From a bacterium (GTDB lineage: Bacteria; Zhuqueibacterota; Zhuqueibacteria; Oceanimicrobiales; Oceanimicrobiaceae): DNA of 38,118 bases. The translations under genes were made by a program, and so were the position numbers. This document shows, piece after piece, positions 16,139 to 25,974 of the stretch. Numbering within the stretch: position 1 is the stretch's first letter; every line of letters starts with the position of its first letter. Under the pieces are notes generated by a model. The model made no database searches and was not told the DNA's origin. It worked only from the letters and a program-made list of their open reading frames with translations. The DNA is taken from positions 1 to 38,118 of the forward strand of contig JBHHYI010000019.1 of assembly GCA_046757525.1 (NCBI GenBank), in the 5' to 3' direction.

Positions 16139-18169
16139 TCAAGAACTCTTCTTGGCCTTCTCAATCGAACGCATAGCCGCCTCAACCATGGCTTCCGCCG
16201 TAATTCCAAGCCCGCGGTAAATCTCCTGGTAAGGAGCCGAGGCACCGAAGCGATTCAAGCCGATGATGGCTCCCTCATCGCCGATGTATCGGTACCAGCT
16301 CATGGGCACGCCAGCTTCCACAGCCACCCGTGCGCGCATTTGGCGTGGCAGGACCGACTCGCGGTACTCAACCGACTGCGACTCGAACAGCTCAGAACTG
16401 GGCATGGAGACGATGCGCACACCGATGTTGCGGGCATTGAGCAGCACCTTCGCTTCCAGCGCCAGGTGCACCTCCGAACCGCTGGCCATCAGGACAACTT
16501 CAGGGTCAGCGTCTTCTGCCAGCAAATAGGCGCCTTGCGCTACCCCAGCGGCTGAAGTAAATTTACCCGCGGTGCGATCCAGAATCGGCAGCTTTTGCCG
16601 GGTCAGGATCAGCGCGGTGGGGCCTTGCTTGCGGGTTAAGGCGACGCGCCAGGCTTCCACGGTTTCGGTGGCATCGGCCGGACGCAAGACCACCAGATTC
16701 GGGATCGCGTGCAGGCTGGCCAGGTGCTCAACCGGCTGATGGGTAGGCCCGTCTTCCCCCAGTCCAATGGAATCGTGTGTGAAAACGAAGATCACCGGCT
16801 GCGCCATCAGAGCGGCCAGGCGAATGCTGGGACGCATGTAATCCGAAAACACCAGGAAGGTTCCGCCATAGGGAATCACGCCGCCGTGCACAGACAGACC
16901 GTTTAGAATGGCCGCCATCCCGTGTTCCCGGACGCCAAAACGAATGTAACGACCGCCAAAATCGTCCTTCGAAAGGGAGGTTTCATTCTGCGGCAGCGTG
17001 TTGTTAGACGGCGTTAAATCTGCCGACCCGCCGATGAGCTGCGGAATGCGCGGAAAAATCGCGTTTAGAACCGCGCCTGAGGCCGCCCGGGTGGCCAGCG
17101 GCTTCTCGCCGGTGAACACGGGCAGGTCGTCGTCCCAACCTGGCGGCAACTCCCTCTGAATGGCGCGTTGAAACTCAGCGCTCTGTTCAGGATAAGCGGT
17201 TTCGTATTTCGAAAACGTAGCTTGCCAGACGGATTGCTGCTCAGCGCCGCGGCTCTCGACAACACGCATGAAGCGCAAAACCTGGTCCGGAATGTAAAAG
17301 CGTGGCTCCAATGGCCAGGCCAGATTTTCCTTGGTGAGTTTCAGCTCTTCCTCGCCCAATGGTTCGCCGTGGGCTTTAGCCGTGCCAGCACGGTTGGGAC
17401 TGCCGTAACCGATGGTCGTGCGGCAGGCGATCAGGGAAGGTCGCTGAGCTTCAGCTTTTGCCCTGCGCAAGGCCTCGTCGACTTGTGTCAGGTCGTGGCC
17501 GTCGACTCGCTGCGTGTGCCAGCCATAGGCTTCAAAGCGTTTTAATACATTCTCTGTAAAAGCCAATTCCGTCGACCCATCGATGCTGATATGGTTGTCA
17601 TCGTAGAGCACGATGAGCTTGCCCAAACCCAGATGCCCGGCCAGGGAACAGGATTCATGCGAAATCCCTTCCATCAGATCGCCGTCGCTGGCCACAACAA
17701 AAGTAAAATGATTTACGATTTGCAAGTCGGGACGATTGAATCGATTAGCCAGCCACCTTTCGGCAATGGCCATGCCTACCGCGTTGGAAATGCCCTGCCC
17801 CAGAGGTCCTGTGGTGGTTTCAACGCCCGGGGTGAGGCCGCGTTCGGGATGCCCGGGGGTCTTGCTTTCCCATTGTCGAAACGCTTGCAACTGAGACAGC
17901 GGCAAGTCATATCCGGTTAAATGCAGCAGACTGTAGAGCAGCATGCTGCCATGCCCTGCCGACAGAACGAAGCGATCCCGGTCGGGCCAGTGTGGATTCC
18001 TGGGATTGTATTTGAGGTGCTTGGTCCAGAGCACGACTGCGGCATCCGCCATGCCCATGGGCAGCCCGGGATGGCCGGAGTTCGCTTTTTGCACGGCATC
18101 TATGGCCAGACCGCGCACCGTATTGGCCGAAAGTTGCAACAGCTCTAATTCATCTTGTGTCAGTGGCAC
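16139..18169 (-). CDS. tkt: Transketolase
   Basis: [52 protein letters not shown]. Confidence 0.97.
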   Translation of the reverse strand: MPLTQDELELLQLSANTVRGLAIDAVQKANSGHPGLPMGMADAAVVLWTKHLKYNPRNPHWPDRDRFVLSAGHGSMLLYSLLHLTGYDLPLSQLQAFRQWESKTPGHPERGLTPGVETTTGPLGQGISNAVGMAIAERWLANRFNRPDLQIVNHFTFVVASDGDLMEGISHESCSLAGHLGLGKLIVLYDDNHISIDGSTELAFTENVLKRFEAYGWHTQRVDGHDLTQVDEALRRAKAEAQRPSLIACRTTIGYGSPNRAGTAKAHGEPLGEEELKLTKENLAWPLEPRFYIPDQVLRFMRVVESRGAEQQSVWQATFSKYETAYPEQSAEFQRAIQRELPPGWDDDLPVFTGEKPLATRAASGAVLNAIFPRIPQLIGGSADLTPSNNTLPQNETSLSKDDFGGRYIRFGVREHGMAAILNGLSVHGGVIPYGGTFLVFSDYMRPSIRLAALMAQPVIFVFTHDSIGLGEDGPTHQPVEHLASLHAIPNLVVLRPADATETVEAWRVALTRKQGPTALILTRQKLPILDRTAGKFTSAAGVAQGAYLLAEDADPEVVLMASGSEVHLALEAKVLLNARNIGVRIVSMPSSELFESQSVEYRESVLPRQMRARVAVEAGVPMSWYRYIGDEGAIIGLNRFGASAPYQEIYRGLGITAEAMVEAAMRSIEKAKKSS

Positions 18170-18582
18170 AGTTACGTCTCCTCAGATTGAAATTGCGTCG
18201 TTGGTTGATCTTACCCTGGCAAACAAATAAAAGAAACCCTGAACGACCTCGAATTATTTCTAATTTTCTGCCAGCAAAGAGCTGCCTCACTTTCTTTTTG
18301 ACGGAATGAACAAAATTTACAAGCACTTCAAATGGTTTCAAACGTTTTTGCTCTCTCTTTGGTGGATAGACCAAAAACAAATTTTCAAATGGTTTTTCCC
18401 GTTTAACGCAAAACTCATCTGCGCCGGACAAATGAGCACGAAATTTCGAAATGAGAAACAACTTCAAAAATCAGCAGGGACATTTTAAAGAGCACTGCCC
18501 CAACGTCAGGTGGAGTTGATGTTAGCTGCCGTTTAACTGCCCAAATTAGTTGAATGTTATCCCTGCATATACACCGTAAGAC

Positions 18583-19125
18583 TTACACGACCTTGAATTT
18601 AATATTGTGATAAGTCCACAAGGAATCAATTAGCTCTTTTTCCTTCTTCCCAGAGTAAGAACTTTTGATGTCAAATCCAGGAGAAATATCCACAAAAAAA
18701 TAGATGACAAAATCAAACTGTGTTGAATAAACAAGAGCTTGACCAATCCCGGCTCTTAAAGCCGCACCACTATCACCTTTTTTTATCTCAATAGCAATTC
18801 TTAGTTCTTTTTTTATTGAAAGGATTGAATCAGGTCGATGATTGGTCGCAAAAAATGTAAAATTATTCACCGTGGTATTAACATTCTGCTCCCATAAAAA
18901 CCCTTCTCGTACTATCTGCTTAGCCCTATCTTTATTGAATCCGTAATGGTTCTGTAAAATATTTGGTAACTCATCTTGTAATCTCAGGAAAAGTGCTTTT
19001 TGAATCTGAGTTTCAGAGTCATGCTGTCTGCTTACCGTCTCACTAAATAATTCATGCTTTGACATTTTTCGAATAATTGCATTTAGGAACTTGATTCTCT
19101 TTTGGGTCTGAGCTGCCTTGGCCAT
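18583..19125 (-). CDS. AT-rich PD-(D/E)xK nuclease-fold protein
   Basis: HRPD..IAIEIKK..GIGQALVY; GGAG RBS before ATG 19125. Confidence 0.7.
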   Translation of the reverse strand: MAKAAQTQKRIKFLNAIIRKMSKHELFSETVSRQHDSETQIQKALFLRLQDELPNILQNHYGFNKDRAKQIVREGFLWEQNVNTTVNNFTFFATNHRPDSILSIKKELRIAIEIKKGDSGAALRAGIGQALVYSTQFDFVIYFFVDISPGFDIKSSYSGKKEKELIDSLWTYHNIKFKVV

Positions 19126-19414
19126 ATTGACTCCACATATAAGTATTAACTGCACATATACCAGGTAACATTTAATTAGAACCCCTCTTGGCATTTGACA
19201 ATATCTTTCAATGACAGGCACCACGTATTCACAGGGGTATTAACCAGTTCTTTATTTTTTAATAGGTTACAATATTACCTTCGTGAATTAATAAAACAAT
19301 TCACATATTCTTATGGTGTGCCACTTCATGAAACGTTGCATGGTACCCTCGTGGAGCGCCTTTGGAGCATCTACGGGTAGATTTAATCTTCTGGCAACGT
19401 TTTGTGCAAGCTCT

Positions 19415-20851
19415 CTACTCTCGCACCGTCTCCCCCCCGGCCCTCAGCCAGGCGAGGTAGCCGCCTTCCAATTGGGTGGCGTCGTAACCGTGCCGTTCGA
19501 GCATGGCGGCGGCATAGGCCGACCGAACTCCGGAAAGGCAATGCACCAAAATAGGCTTTTCTTTGGGCACATCATGCAATTGCGCCAGCAGCCTGGTGTG
19601 CGCGATGTTGAGGGATGCCGGCAGATGCCCGACTTCGTACTCGTCCGCCCGCCGCACATCCAGCAGCAAGGTCCCATCCATGGGCTGCGCGATCAAATCC
19701 GTGATTTCCATGTACCTGGTTTTGTTCAGCTTCCCCCCTTCCGCAGCATATTTAGAAAAGGTCTCCAACGTGGCATAGCCCACCACTTCATCCAATCCGA
19801 TATGGATTAGATCGATGACGGCCTCTGGTGCCTGACTTTCCTCCACGATCAGGTAAATCGGAATACCTGGCTCCACGTAGGACCCAACGACCGTAGGGAA
19901 ATCGCTATTGAGCGGTGCATGCAGCGCCCCGGGAATATGGCCCGCCACAAAGTCCGACCAGGGACGGGTGTCGACAAACATGACAGCTTCCTGAGCCAGA
20001 CTTTTGATCTCCGCAACGGTTAGCGGTTTTTGCGTGGGCAGCTCCCCTAACAGCGCCGGGCCTTCTTTGTTTTCGCGCTTCATGCGTGCGAAGTAAAGGG
20101 GCGGCTCCGGCTGTCCGTGAATAATGGAACGAACAAACAGAGATTCTTCGCTGGCCTCACTTATGGCGGCGTTGAAGCGCTTTTCATAGCCCACCGTGGA
20201 CTGCGGTACGGCGCCCAGGGCCTTGCCGCAAGCGCTGCCGGCGCCGTGCCCGGGCCAAAGCTGCAAATAGTCCGGCCACTGCTTGAACTGCTGAAGGGAC
20301 TGAAAGAGCCTGCGCGCCGCCGGTTCCTTGGCCCCTTTCTGGCCGGCGGCGGTCTCCAGCAAGTCGGGACGGCCAACGTCGCCGACGAAAACGAAATCCC
20401 CGCTGGCAATGCCCATGGGTTCGGTGGCGCCACCCCCGAGGTCGGTCAACAGGTAGCACAGGTGCTCCGGCGTGTGGCCGGGCGTGTGCACCACTTTGAA
20501 CCGAATTCTTCCAACGTTGAACGTGTCCCCATCTTTCAGCAATTGGTGATCGTAGCTGCCGCCGCCCACCTTCTTGTCCAGCCAGCGGTACTTCCAATCT
20601 GAGTCTCCTTCATCGGACAAATAGAGACGCGCCCCGGTGCATTCAGCCAATTCTCTGGCACCAGAAAGGAAGTCGGCGTGAATGTGGGTTTCTGCGATGG
20701 CCGTAACCCGCATGCCTTTTTCAGCGGCCAGGTGCAAGTACCTGTCCACATCCCGCTGCGGGTCGATGACCAGAGCCTCCCCGGTGTTTTGACAACCGAT
20801 GAAATAACAGGCCTGCGCCAGTTTTTCGTCGTAAAGTAATCGAAAAAACAT
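19415..20851 (-). CDS. MBL-fold persulfide dioxygenase fused to two rhodanese domains (CstB-like)
   Basis: ETHIHADF, HTPGHTPEH, GDVGRPDL, PGHGAGSACG; C-terminal rhodanese loop CLSGVRS; GGAG RBS before ATG 20851. Confidence 0.85.
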   Translation of the reverse strand: MFFRLLYDEKLAQACYFIGCQNTGEALVIDPQRDVDRYLHLAAEKGMRVTAIAETHIHADFLSGARELAECTGARLYLSDEGDSDWKYRWLDKKVGGGSYDHQLLKDGDTFNVGRIRFKVVHTPGHTPEHLCYLLTDLGGGATEPMGIASGDFVFVGDVGRPDLLETAAGQKGAKEPAARRLFQSLQQFKQWPDYLQLWPGHGAGSACGKALGAVPQSTVGYEKRFNAAISEASEESLFVRSIIHGQPEPPLYFARMKRENKEGPALLGELPTQKPLTVAEIKSLAQEAVMFVDTRPWSDFVAGHIPGALHAPLNSDFPTVVGSYVEPGIPIYLIVEESQAPEAVIDLIHIGLDEVVGYATLETFSKYAAEGGKLNKTRYMEITDLIAQPMDGTLLLDVRRADEYEVGHLPASLNIAHTRLLAQLHDVPKEKPILVHCLSGVRSAYAAAMLERHGYDATQLEGGYLAWLRAGGETVRE

Positions 20852-21231
20852 GAAACGTCTCCAACAAAAATGGTCTAAAGAAAATCTTTTTTCGATTTGA
20901 AATTGAATCAGCTCAGCAGGGTAATGTAGAAAAATAACGCTTAAAATAAAGTATAACAAAGAATTTATTCTTATGCAATCAAAAAATAGCCAGCCGGCGT
21001 TCGCGGCTGCTGCGGCAGAACAGTACTTAGGCCCTTGAAGTGCAACGAGTCATCGCTGCAGAACACGTTTATCGACCAGCGCGTTGGTCCAACAAAACAC
21101 CAACTTTTCGCACAGCTCTCTCAGGGAGGATTTTTGCTGTTTCGGCCAGATTCTTGCATTTTTGCCTTGATTTAGTGGAAACAAATGTAGACATTCCAAC
21201 TCAATCAAAATGTCCAAAAACGAAGGCCTTA

Positions 21232-22188
21232 ATGTATTGGAAAATCGTTTTTGCGTTAATCCTATTCTCTTCTCTCCAGATGAACAACGCAGGCGCCCAA
21301 ACCGCAGGTAACCATGCGCAGCAGGCGCCGTTTCTAATCGTATTGGGCATTGCCCAGGACGGCGGCGTTCCGCAGGCCGGTACCAGGAAGCATGCCGGCT
21401 GGCAAAATAGGACCTTTAAGCGCCACGTGGTCTGTCTGGCCATCGTCGATCCGGAATCCTCACAGCGCTGGATGATCGAAGCCACGCCCGATTTCAGAGA
21501 GCAGCTCCACGCGCTGGACGAGGTGGCGCCGGTGCCGGAGACACCCGGCCTCGACGGCATCTTCCTGACACACGCGCACATGGGTCATTACACCGGACTC
21601 ATGTTTCTGGGCCACGAGTCCATGGGCGCGCAGGCCGTGCCCGTTTACGCCATGCCGCGCATGCGCAAATTTCTTAGCTCAAACGGTCCCTGGGATCAGC
21701 TCGTGCGCTACCGCAACATCACCATCGAGCCGTTGAGCGACCGGGTGCCCGTTGCCTTAAATGCCCGCATGAGCGTGACCCCACTGCTGGTGCCGCACCG
21801 CCAGGAATATTCCGAGGTGGTCGGTTACCGCATCCAGGGTCCCAACCGTTCGGTGCTGTTCATTCCCGACATCGACCGCTGGGAGGAGTGGGACGCGCAG
21901 GGCACGCGCATCGAGGCGTTGATTTCCCAGGTCGATGTCGCTTATCTGGACGGTTCGTTTTATGCCAATGGTGAAATTCCCGGACGGGACATGTCCACAT
22001 TCCCGCACCCTTTCATCACGCACAGCATGGAGCGGCTTGGCTCGCTGGCCAGGGAAGAGCGCCAAAAGGTGCGGTTCATCCATTTGAATCACACCAATCC
22101 GGCGCTCTGGCCTGACACCAAGGCACGCAAGACCATTGAGAAAAACGGCTTCCGCGTGGCAGAAGAAATGGAGCGCGTCCAACTGTAG
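21232..22188 (+). CDS. PqqB-like MBL-fold hydrolase with signal peptide
   Basis: LGIAQDGGVPQ, ATPD, THAHMGHY, FIHLNHTNP. Confidence 0.8.
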   Translation: MYWKIVFALILFSSLQMNNAGAQTAGNHAQQAPFLIVLGIAQDGGVPQAGTRKHAGWQNRTFKRHVVCLAIVDPESSQRWMIEATPDFREQLHALDEVAPVPETPGLDGIFLTHAHMGHYTGLMFLGHESMGAQAVPVYAMPRMRKFLSSNGPWDQLVRYRNITIEPLSDRVPVALNARMSVTPLLVPHRQEYSEVVGYRIQGPNRSVLFIPDIDRWEEWDAQGTRIEALISQVDVAYLDGSFYANGEIPGRDMSTFPHPFITHSMERLGSLAREERQKVRFIHLNHTNPALWPDTKARKTIEKNGFRVAEEMERVQL

Positions 22189-22309
22189 GCTCGATTCCAG
22201 GGGACGCTCATGGGAACTCAGCGGTTTGTGTCTCTCTCTTTTGGACGAACGAAAATCTGAGGGCTGTGCAAAAAGTCCACGTTTTCTGTCATTCCCACGA
22301 AAACGCATA

Positions 22310-22527
22310 GGCGTCAACTTAAGGGGCAGCTAACCACCATATTGTCACCCCGAGCGGAGTCCGGCAGTTGCCGGACGTAGTCGAGGGGTCTGATTTAGGT
22401 ACAGACCAGTCACGCAGCCGCCTGACTCGAAATGACAGTTTGGGGGCTTGAGGTGAGGCCCATGGGCAACCTGCCCGACGCGCAATCGCGACGATTGCGT
22501 TACGGGCAACAGAGCGTTTCCTAAAAG
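22310..22527 (+). repeat. MITE-like composite repeat, copy 3
   Basis: Starts GGCGTCAACTTAAGGGGC; matches copies 1 and 2; preceded by GTCATTCC half-REP. Confidence 0.92.
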
Positions 22528-22830
22528 CTTCCGCAATCCGGTGTGGCCGCATTGCTTTAAATGCCGGAAACGCCCAAGGCAGCCCTGTCATGCAGGAGGC
22601 ATCTTGTTCCAGGTCAGCACCGTGCAACCAGCTATCAAGATTCCTACGGAATGACAACCGGGGGCTGCAGTAAAGAACAGCGACAGTCAGGCGTTTCCCC
22701 AGAGCTTGACCGAAAAATCTAAAGAGATGCTTATTCATGGTTCAACTTCGCTCAAGGCGAATTTTTCTTGTGCTTTAGTGAGCAAATAGCATAATTGTTT
22801 ATGAAAGAATTGAAAATGGAGCAGAAAAGC

Positions 22831-24066
22831 ATGCCACAATCCACTACCAATCGGATGAACGTGAAGTTGTTTTTTGAAGCAGTGCTTGTTAGCGTATTTG
22901 TCGTCGCTGCCGGTGGCGCGAGGGCCCATGCACAGAATCACCTCTCCAATCCGTTATTCGTGGATCCAGCAACTCAGGATTTCTCGAGGAACCCGAAGTT
23001 ACTGCAGCGCATCCGTTCCGGACCGCACGGTTATTTCCGGTTCATAAACATCATTTTCAGTCAGGAAGTTTGTCGCCGCTTCGAGCACCTGTTGACCGAC
23101 GCCCCTTCGTTGAACCTGCACGGCGACGCGCACATCGAACAGTACGCGGTGACCGACCTGGGCCGGGGTCTCACCGACTTCGACGATTCTTCCACCGGGC
23201 CTGGCATCATCGACCTGGTGCGGTTTGGTGTCTCCTTGAATCTCGCCTGCAGCGCCAACCACTGGCAAAAGCTGCAACGTGGCATGTACCAAAAATTCCT
23301 GGATGGTTACGTCGCCGCTCTCCAGGATCCGACAATCTCTGCTCCTGAGCCCAAGCTAATTCAACGCATCCGCTCCAAATTCAAGATCGATCGGGTGAGC
23401 TATTTTGAGTGGATCGACTCCATCATGGAGCCCATGCCCCAGCAGGAAAGCGACTCGCTGCTGACGGCCATGAAACCGTACGTGGAAAATATGTTCGCTG
23501 AAAATCCGCGTCTCAATAAAAACTTCTTTCAAGTGGTTAAGACCGGCTACTTGCGCATGGGCATCGGCAGCGCTTTAGACATCAAATATCTGGTGCGGGT
23601 CCAGGGCCCATCGGATGCACCCTACGACGATCTGGTTTTGGAATGCAAGCAAGTGCGCGACCTCAGGGGCATCCCCTGCATTAACAGCGGGCCAAACGTC
23701 GACCCGTTCAGAGTCTTGCTCGGTCAGGCCAGAATCGCTTACCAGCCGTTCCACCATCTGGGCTATTTTCGCTTCAAAGGGTACAATTTCTGGGTACATT
23801 CCTGGGTAGACAATTACAAAGAAGTCAAGATCGGCAAGAGTTTTGCCTCACCAGAGGATCTGGCCGAGGTGGCCTACGATGTTGGCGTGCAGCTTGGCAA
23901 AGGGCATGTGAAGCACATCGGGGCCCCGTTCGATTTGCAGCTTCGCCGGCAGCAACTGCGGATGGTGCAAGAGCACCAGGCCGAAATCATTCAGGCGTGT
24001 CAAGAGCTGACCGAACTCACGGTGGCTGCCTGGGAGCGGTTCGTCGACAAGCTGGTCAAAAAGTGA
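22831..24066 (+). CDS. DUF2252-family (kinase-like) protein with predicted signal peptide
   Basis: LHGDAH, DFDD, DLVR, GIGS, LECKQ; start uncertain (22795-22855). Confidence 0.75.
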   Translation: MPQSTTNRMNVKLFFEAVLVSVFVVAAGGARAHAQNHLSNPLFVDPATQDFSRNPKLLQRIRSGPHGYFRFINIIFSQEVCRRFEHLLTDAPSLNLHGDAHIEQYAVTDLGRGLTDFDDSSTGPGIIDLVRFGVSLNLACSANHWQKLQRGMYQKFLDGYVAALQDPTISAPEPKLIQRIRSKFKIDRVSYFEWIDSIMEPMPQQESDSLLTAMKPYVENMFAENPRLNKNFFQVVKTGYLRMGIGSALDIKYLVRVQGPSDAPYDDLVLECKQVRDLRGIPCINSGPNVDPFRVLLGQARIAYQPFHHLGYFRFKGYNFWVHSWVDNYKEVKIGKSFASPEDLAEVAYDVGVQLGKGHVKHIGAPFDLQLRRQQLRMVQEHQAEIIQACQELTELTVAAWERFVDKLVKK

Positions 24067-24697
24067 AACACAAGTACTTGATGGTCTTGCCCGCCGCTAA
24101 ATGCCTGCGTTCGTAGGTCGTCTTGAAGGAGGTCCAGTCGTTGCAGTCAGGGGTGCGGTACAAATCCTCGGTGGCCTGGCAAACCCGACCCTGGCACAAC
24201 TGCACGGTCGCAAGGGTGTACTCGTACAGATTCTGGTCGTCCGTCTTCAGGTGAATTCTGCCGCCGGGTCTGAGGATTTCTTTGTAGAGCTGTAAATAGC
24301 CTGGCGCCGTCAAGCGTCTTTTGATTTGCCTTTTCTTGGGGAAAGGATCTGGAAACGTAATCCAGATTTCGTACACTTCATTTTCGGCGAAAAAATCCGC
24401 CAGGTTCTCGATCCTGGTTCTGATAAAAGCAACACGCGCGAGTCCCTCCTGAACAGCCGTTGTGGCCCCTTTCCAGATGCGTTCACCTTTGATGTCGATG
24501 CCGATGAAGTTGCCCTGGGGAAATCGCTTTGCGGATTCTAAAGTATGCTCCGCCTTGCCACAAGCGAGCTCGAGGAAGATGGGATGCTCATTCTTGAAGT
24601 AGCGCGCACACCATCGCCCTTTGAGCCCACCGCCTTCCTCGAAGACGTTGGCGAACGTAGCAAGGTCTGCGAACCGGCGCAGCTTCTTCCGGCCCAT
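24056..24697 (-). CDS. trmB: tRNA (guanine-N7)-methyltransferase
   Basis: LELACGKAE, GIDIKGER, WITFPDP, RRLT, LKTD, TTYE. Confidence 0.93.
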   Translation of the reverse strand: MGRKKLRRFADLATFANVFEEGGGLKGRWCARYFKNEHPIFLELACGKAEHTLESAKRFPQGNFIGIDIKGERIWKGATTAVQEGLARVAFIRTRIENLADFFAENEVYEIWITFPDPFPKKRQIKRRLTAPGYLQLYKEILRPGGRIHLKTDDQNLYEYTLATVQLCQGRVCQATEDLYRTPDCNDWTSFKTTYERRHLAAGKTIKYLCFTF

Positions 24698-24699
24698 GG

Positions 24700-25410
24700 T
24701 TACCAGGCAATCGGTTTTTTGTCGCGAAAAAAGCCGCCGGTGGGACCATCGTCGGGAAGCGTGGCTAACCACACGGCAGTCTCTGCCCCTTCTGCCACGG
24801 CTCGCGTGGCCTGAGGCCCGCCCATGTCGGTCTGGACCCAGCCGGGACTCACTGAGTTGACCAGGATGTTGCTACCCTTCACTTCTTCTGCCAGAATTCG
24901 CGTCAGGGCGTTGAGACAGGTCTTGGAGATTCTGTACGCGGGACTTCCCGGCTCCATGCCACTGAGCGCACCCATGCTGCTCGACACATTGACGATGCGG
25001 CCGTAGTGGTTCTGCCGCATGAGCGGAATGAAGGTCTGGCTGAGCCTCAAAGGCCCGTAAACATTGGTCTCCATCGTCTTTCTAATCAAATCGAGCTCCA
25101 CATTCAAAGCTAATTTGTCCCGGTCGAGGTAAATGCCAGCATTGTTGACCAGAATGTCGAGCCTGGCAAATTCTTTTTTGACAAAAGCCAGGAGATTCTG
25201 GATGCTGTTTAGTTCGGTCACGTCCAATTGGTGCAACAGCACTTGCAGACCCTGTTTTTCCAAGCTTGCACAGGCCGCGTTCCCCTTCTCTGCGCCGCGG
25301 GCGGTCAAGACGACCGTCGCGCCCGTCCGGGCGAGTTGTCGGCAGATTTCCAGGCCAATGCCCCGATTGGCACCGGTGACGACGGCGAGCCTTCCAGAAT
25401 TTCTTTTCAT
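24700..25410 (-). CDS. SDR oxidoreductase (carbonyl-reductase-like)
   Basis: TGANRGIG, NNAG, YRISK, PGWVQTDMG. Confidence 0.92.
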   Translation of the reverse strand: MKRNSGRLAVVTGANRGIGLEICRQLARTGATVVLTARGAEKGNAACASLEKQGLQVLLHQLDVTELNSIQNLLAFVKKEFARLDILVNNAGIYLDRDKLALNVELDLIRKTMETNVYGPLRLSQTFIPLMRQNHYGRIVNVSSSMGALSGMEPGSPAYRISKTCLNALTRILAEEVKGSNILVNSVSPGWVQTDMGGPQATRAVAEGAETAVWLATLPDDGPTGGFFRDKKPIAW

Positions 25411-25910
25411 CTCACGCTTCCAGTCAACAAATTCGGAGTCACCATGAAAGCCACAGCCCACCCTTCTTGTTCCCTGCTCAAAGCAACGATTCCAGCCATT
25501 CTAAAACGGATGACGGTTCGTTCGGAGTCGCCGGCGAGAAGCTGACTGGCCAGGCGGCTCAAAAAGGGCAGGTGTCCAACCAGCATCACGGAGCGGGTTT
25601 CCTGTTCCAGAGCCTCAGCCATGGGCTGTACATCGTCCAGGGGCGCCAGGCCCGGGACCGCCACGACACGATGCGACAGATTGAGCTTGCGTGCCAAAAT
25701 CTCGGCGGTCTGCTGCGCCCGCCGTTTGCCGCTGTGCCGGATTTCCTCTACTTGCAGGCCCGCCTGAGCGGCCCAGTCGGCCACTTGCGCAACTTCGCTC
25801 TGCCCTTGCTCGGTCAGCGACCGCTCCGGGTCTACTTCTTTAGCTTTGGCTTCGCCATGCTGAACCAGATAAAGGTAGCGCACGCCTGCTTTTGTTTTTT
25901 CACTTGACAT
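25407..25910 (-). CDS. sixA: Phosphohistidine phosphatase SixA
   Basis: LYLVQHGEA, RSLTEQG, HSGKRRAQQT, LVGHLP. Confidence 0.88.
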   Translation of the reverse strand: MSSEKTKAGVRYLYLVQHGEAKAKEVDPERSLTEQGQSEVAQVADWAAQAGLQVEEIRHSGKRRAQQTAEILARKLNLSHRVVAVPGLAPLDDVQPMAEALEQETRSVMLVGHLPFLSRLASQLLAGDSERTVIRFRMAGIVALSREQEGWAVAFMVTPNLLTGSVR

Positions 25911-25974
25911 GATCTCACCTCACAATGTCTCGATTCCGTTGCGAAAAATGGCTCAAAGGTAGCGGGAAAAGAGA

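Noticed and set aside
18150..18488. ORFs upstream of tkt
   Set aside because: AT-rich intergenic DNA with no recognisable motifs
18495..18545. Integron attC site after the orphan nuclease gene
   Set aside because: The TAAC..GTT pair is too close and lacks proper R/L box complementarity
21232..22188. PQQ biosynthesis locus
   Set aside because: Only a PqqB-like fold; no pqqA peptide or pqqC/D/E
10649..22527. CRISPR array
   Set aside because: Repeats are dispersed, long and in both orientations; no repeat-spacer periodicity or cas genes
10684..22738. Similar short ORFs ending LNQTPRLRPATAGLRSG (10684, 15727, 22345) and ORF 22319-22738
   Set aside because: Similarity comes from the non-coding repeat; starts differ and no RBS is evident
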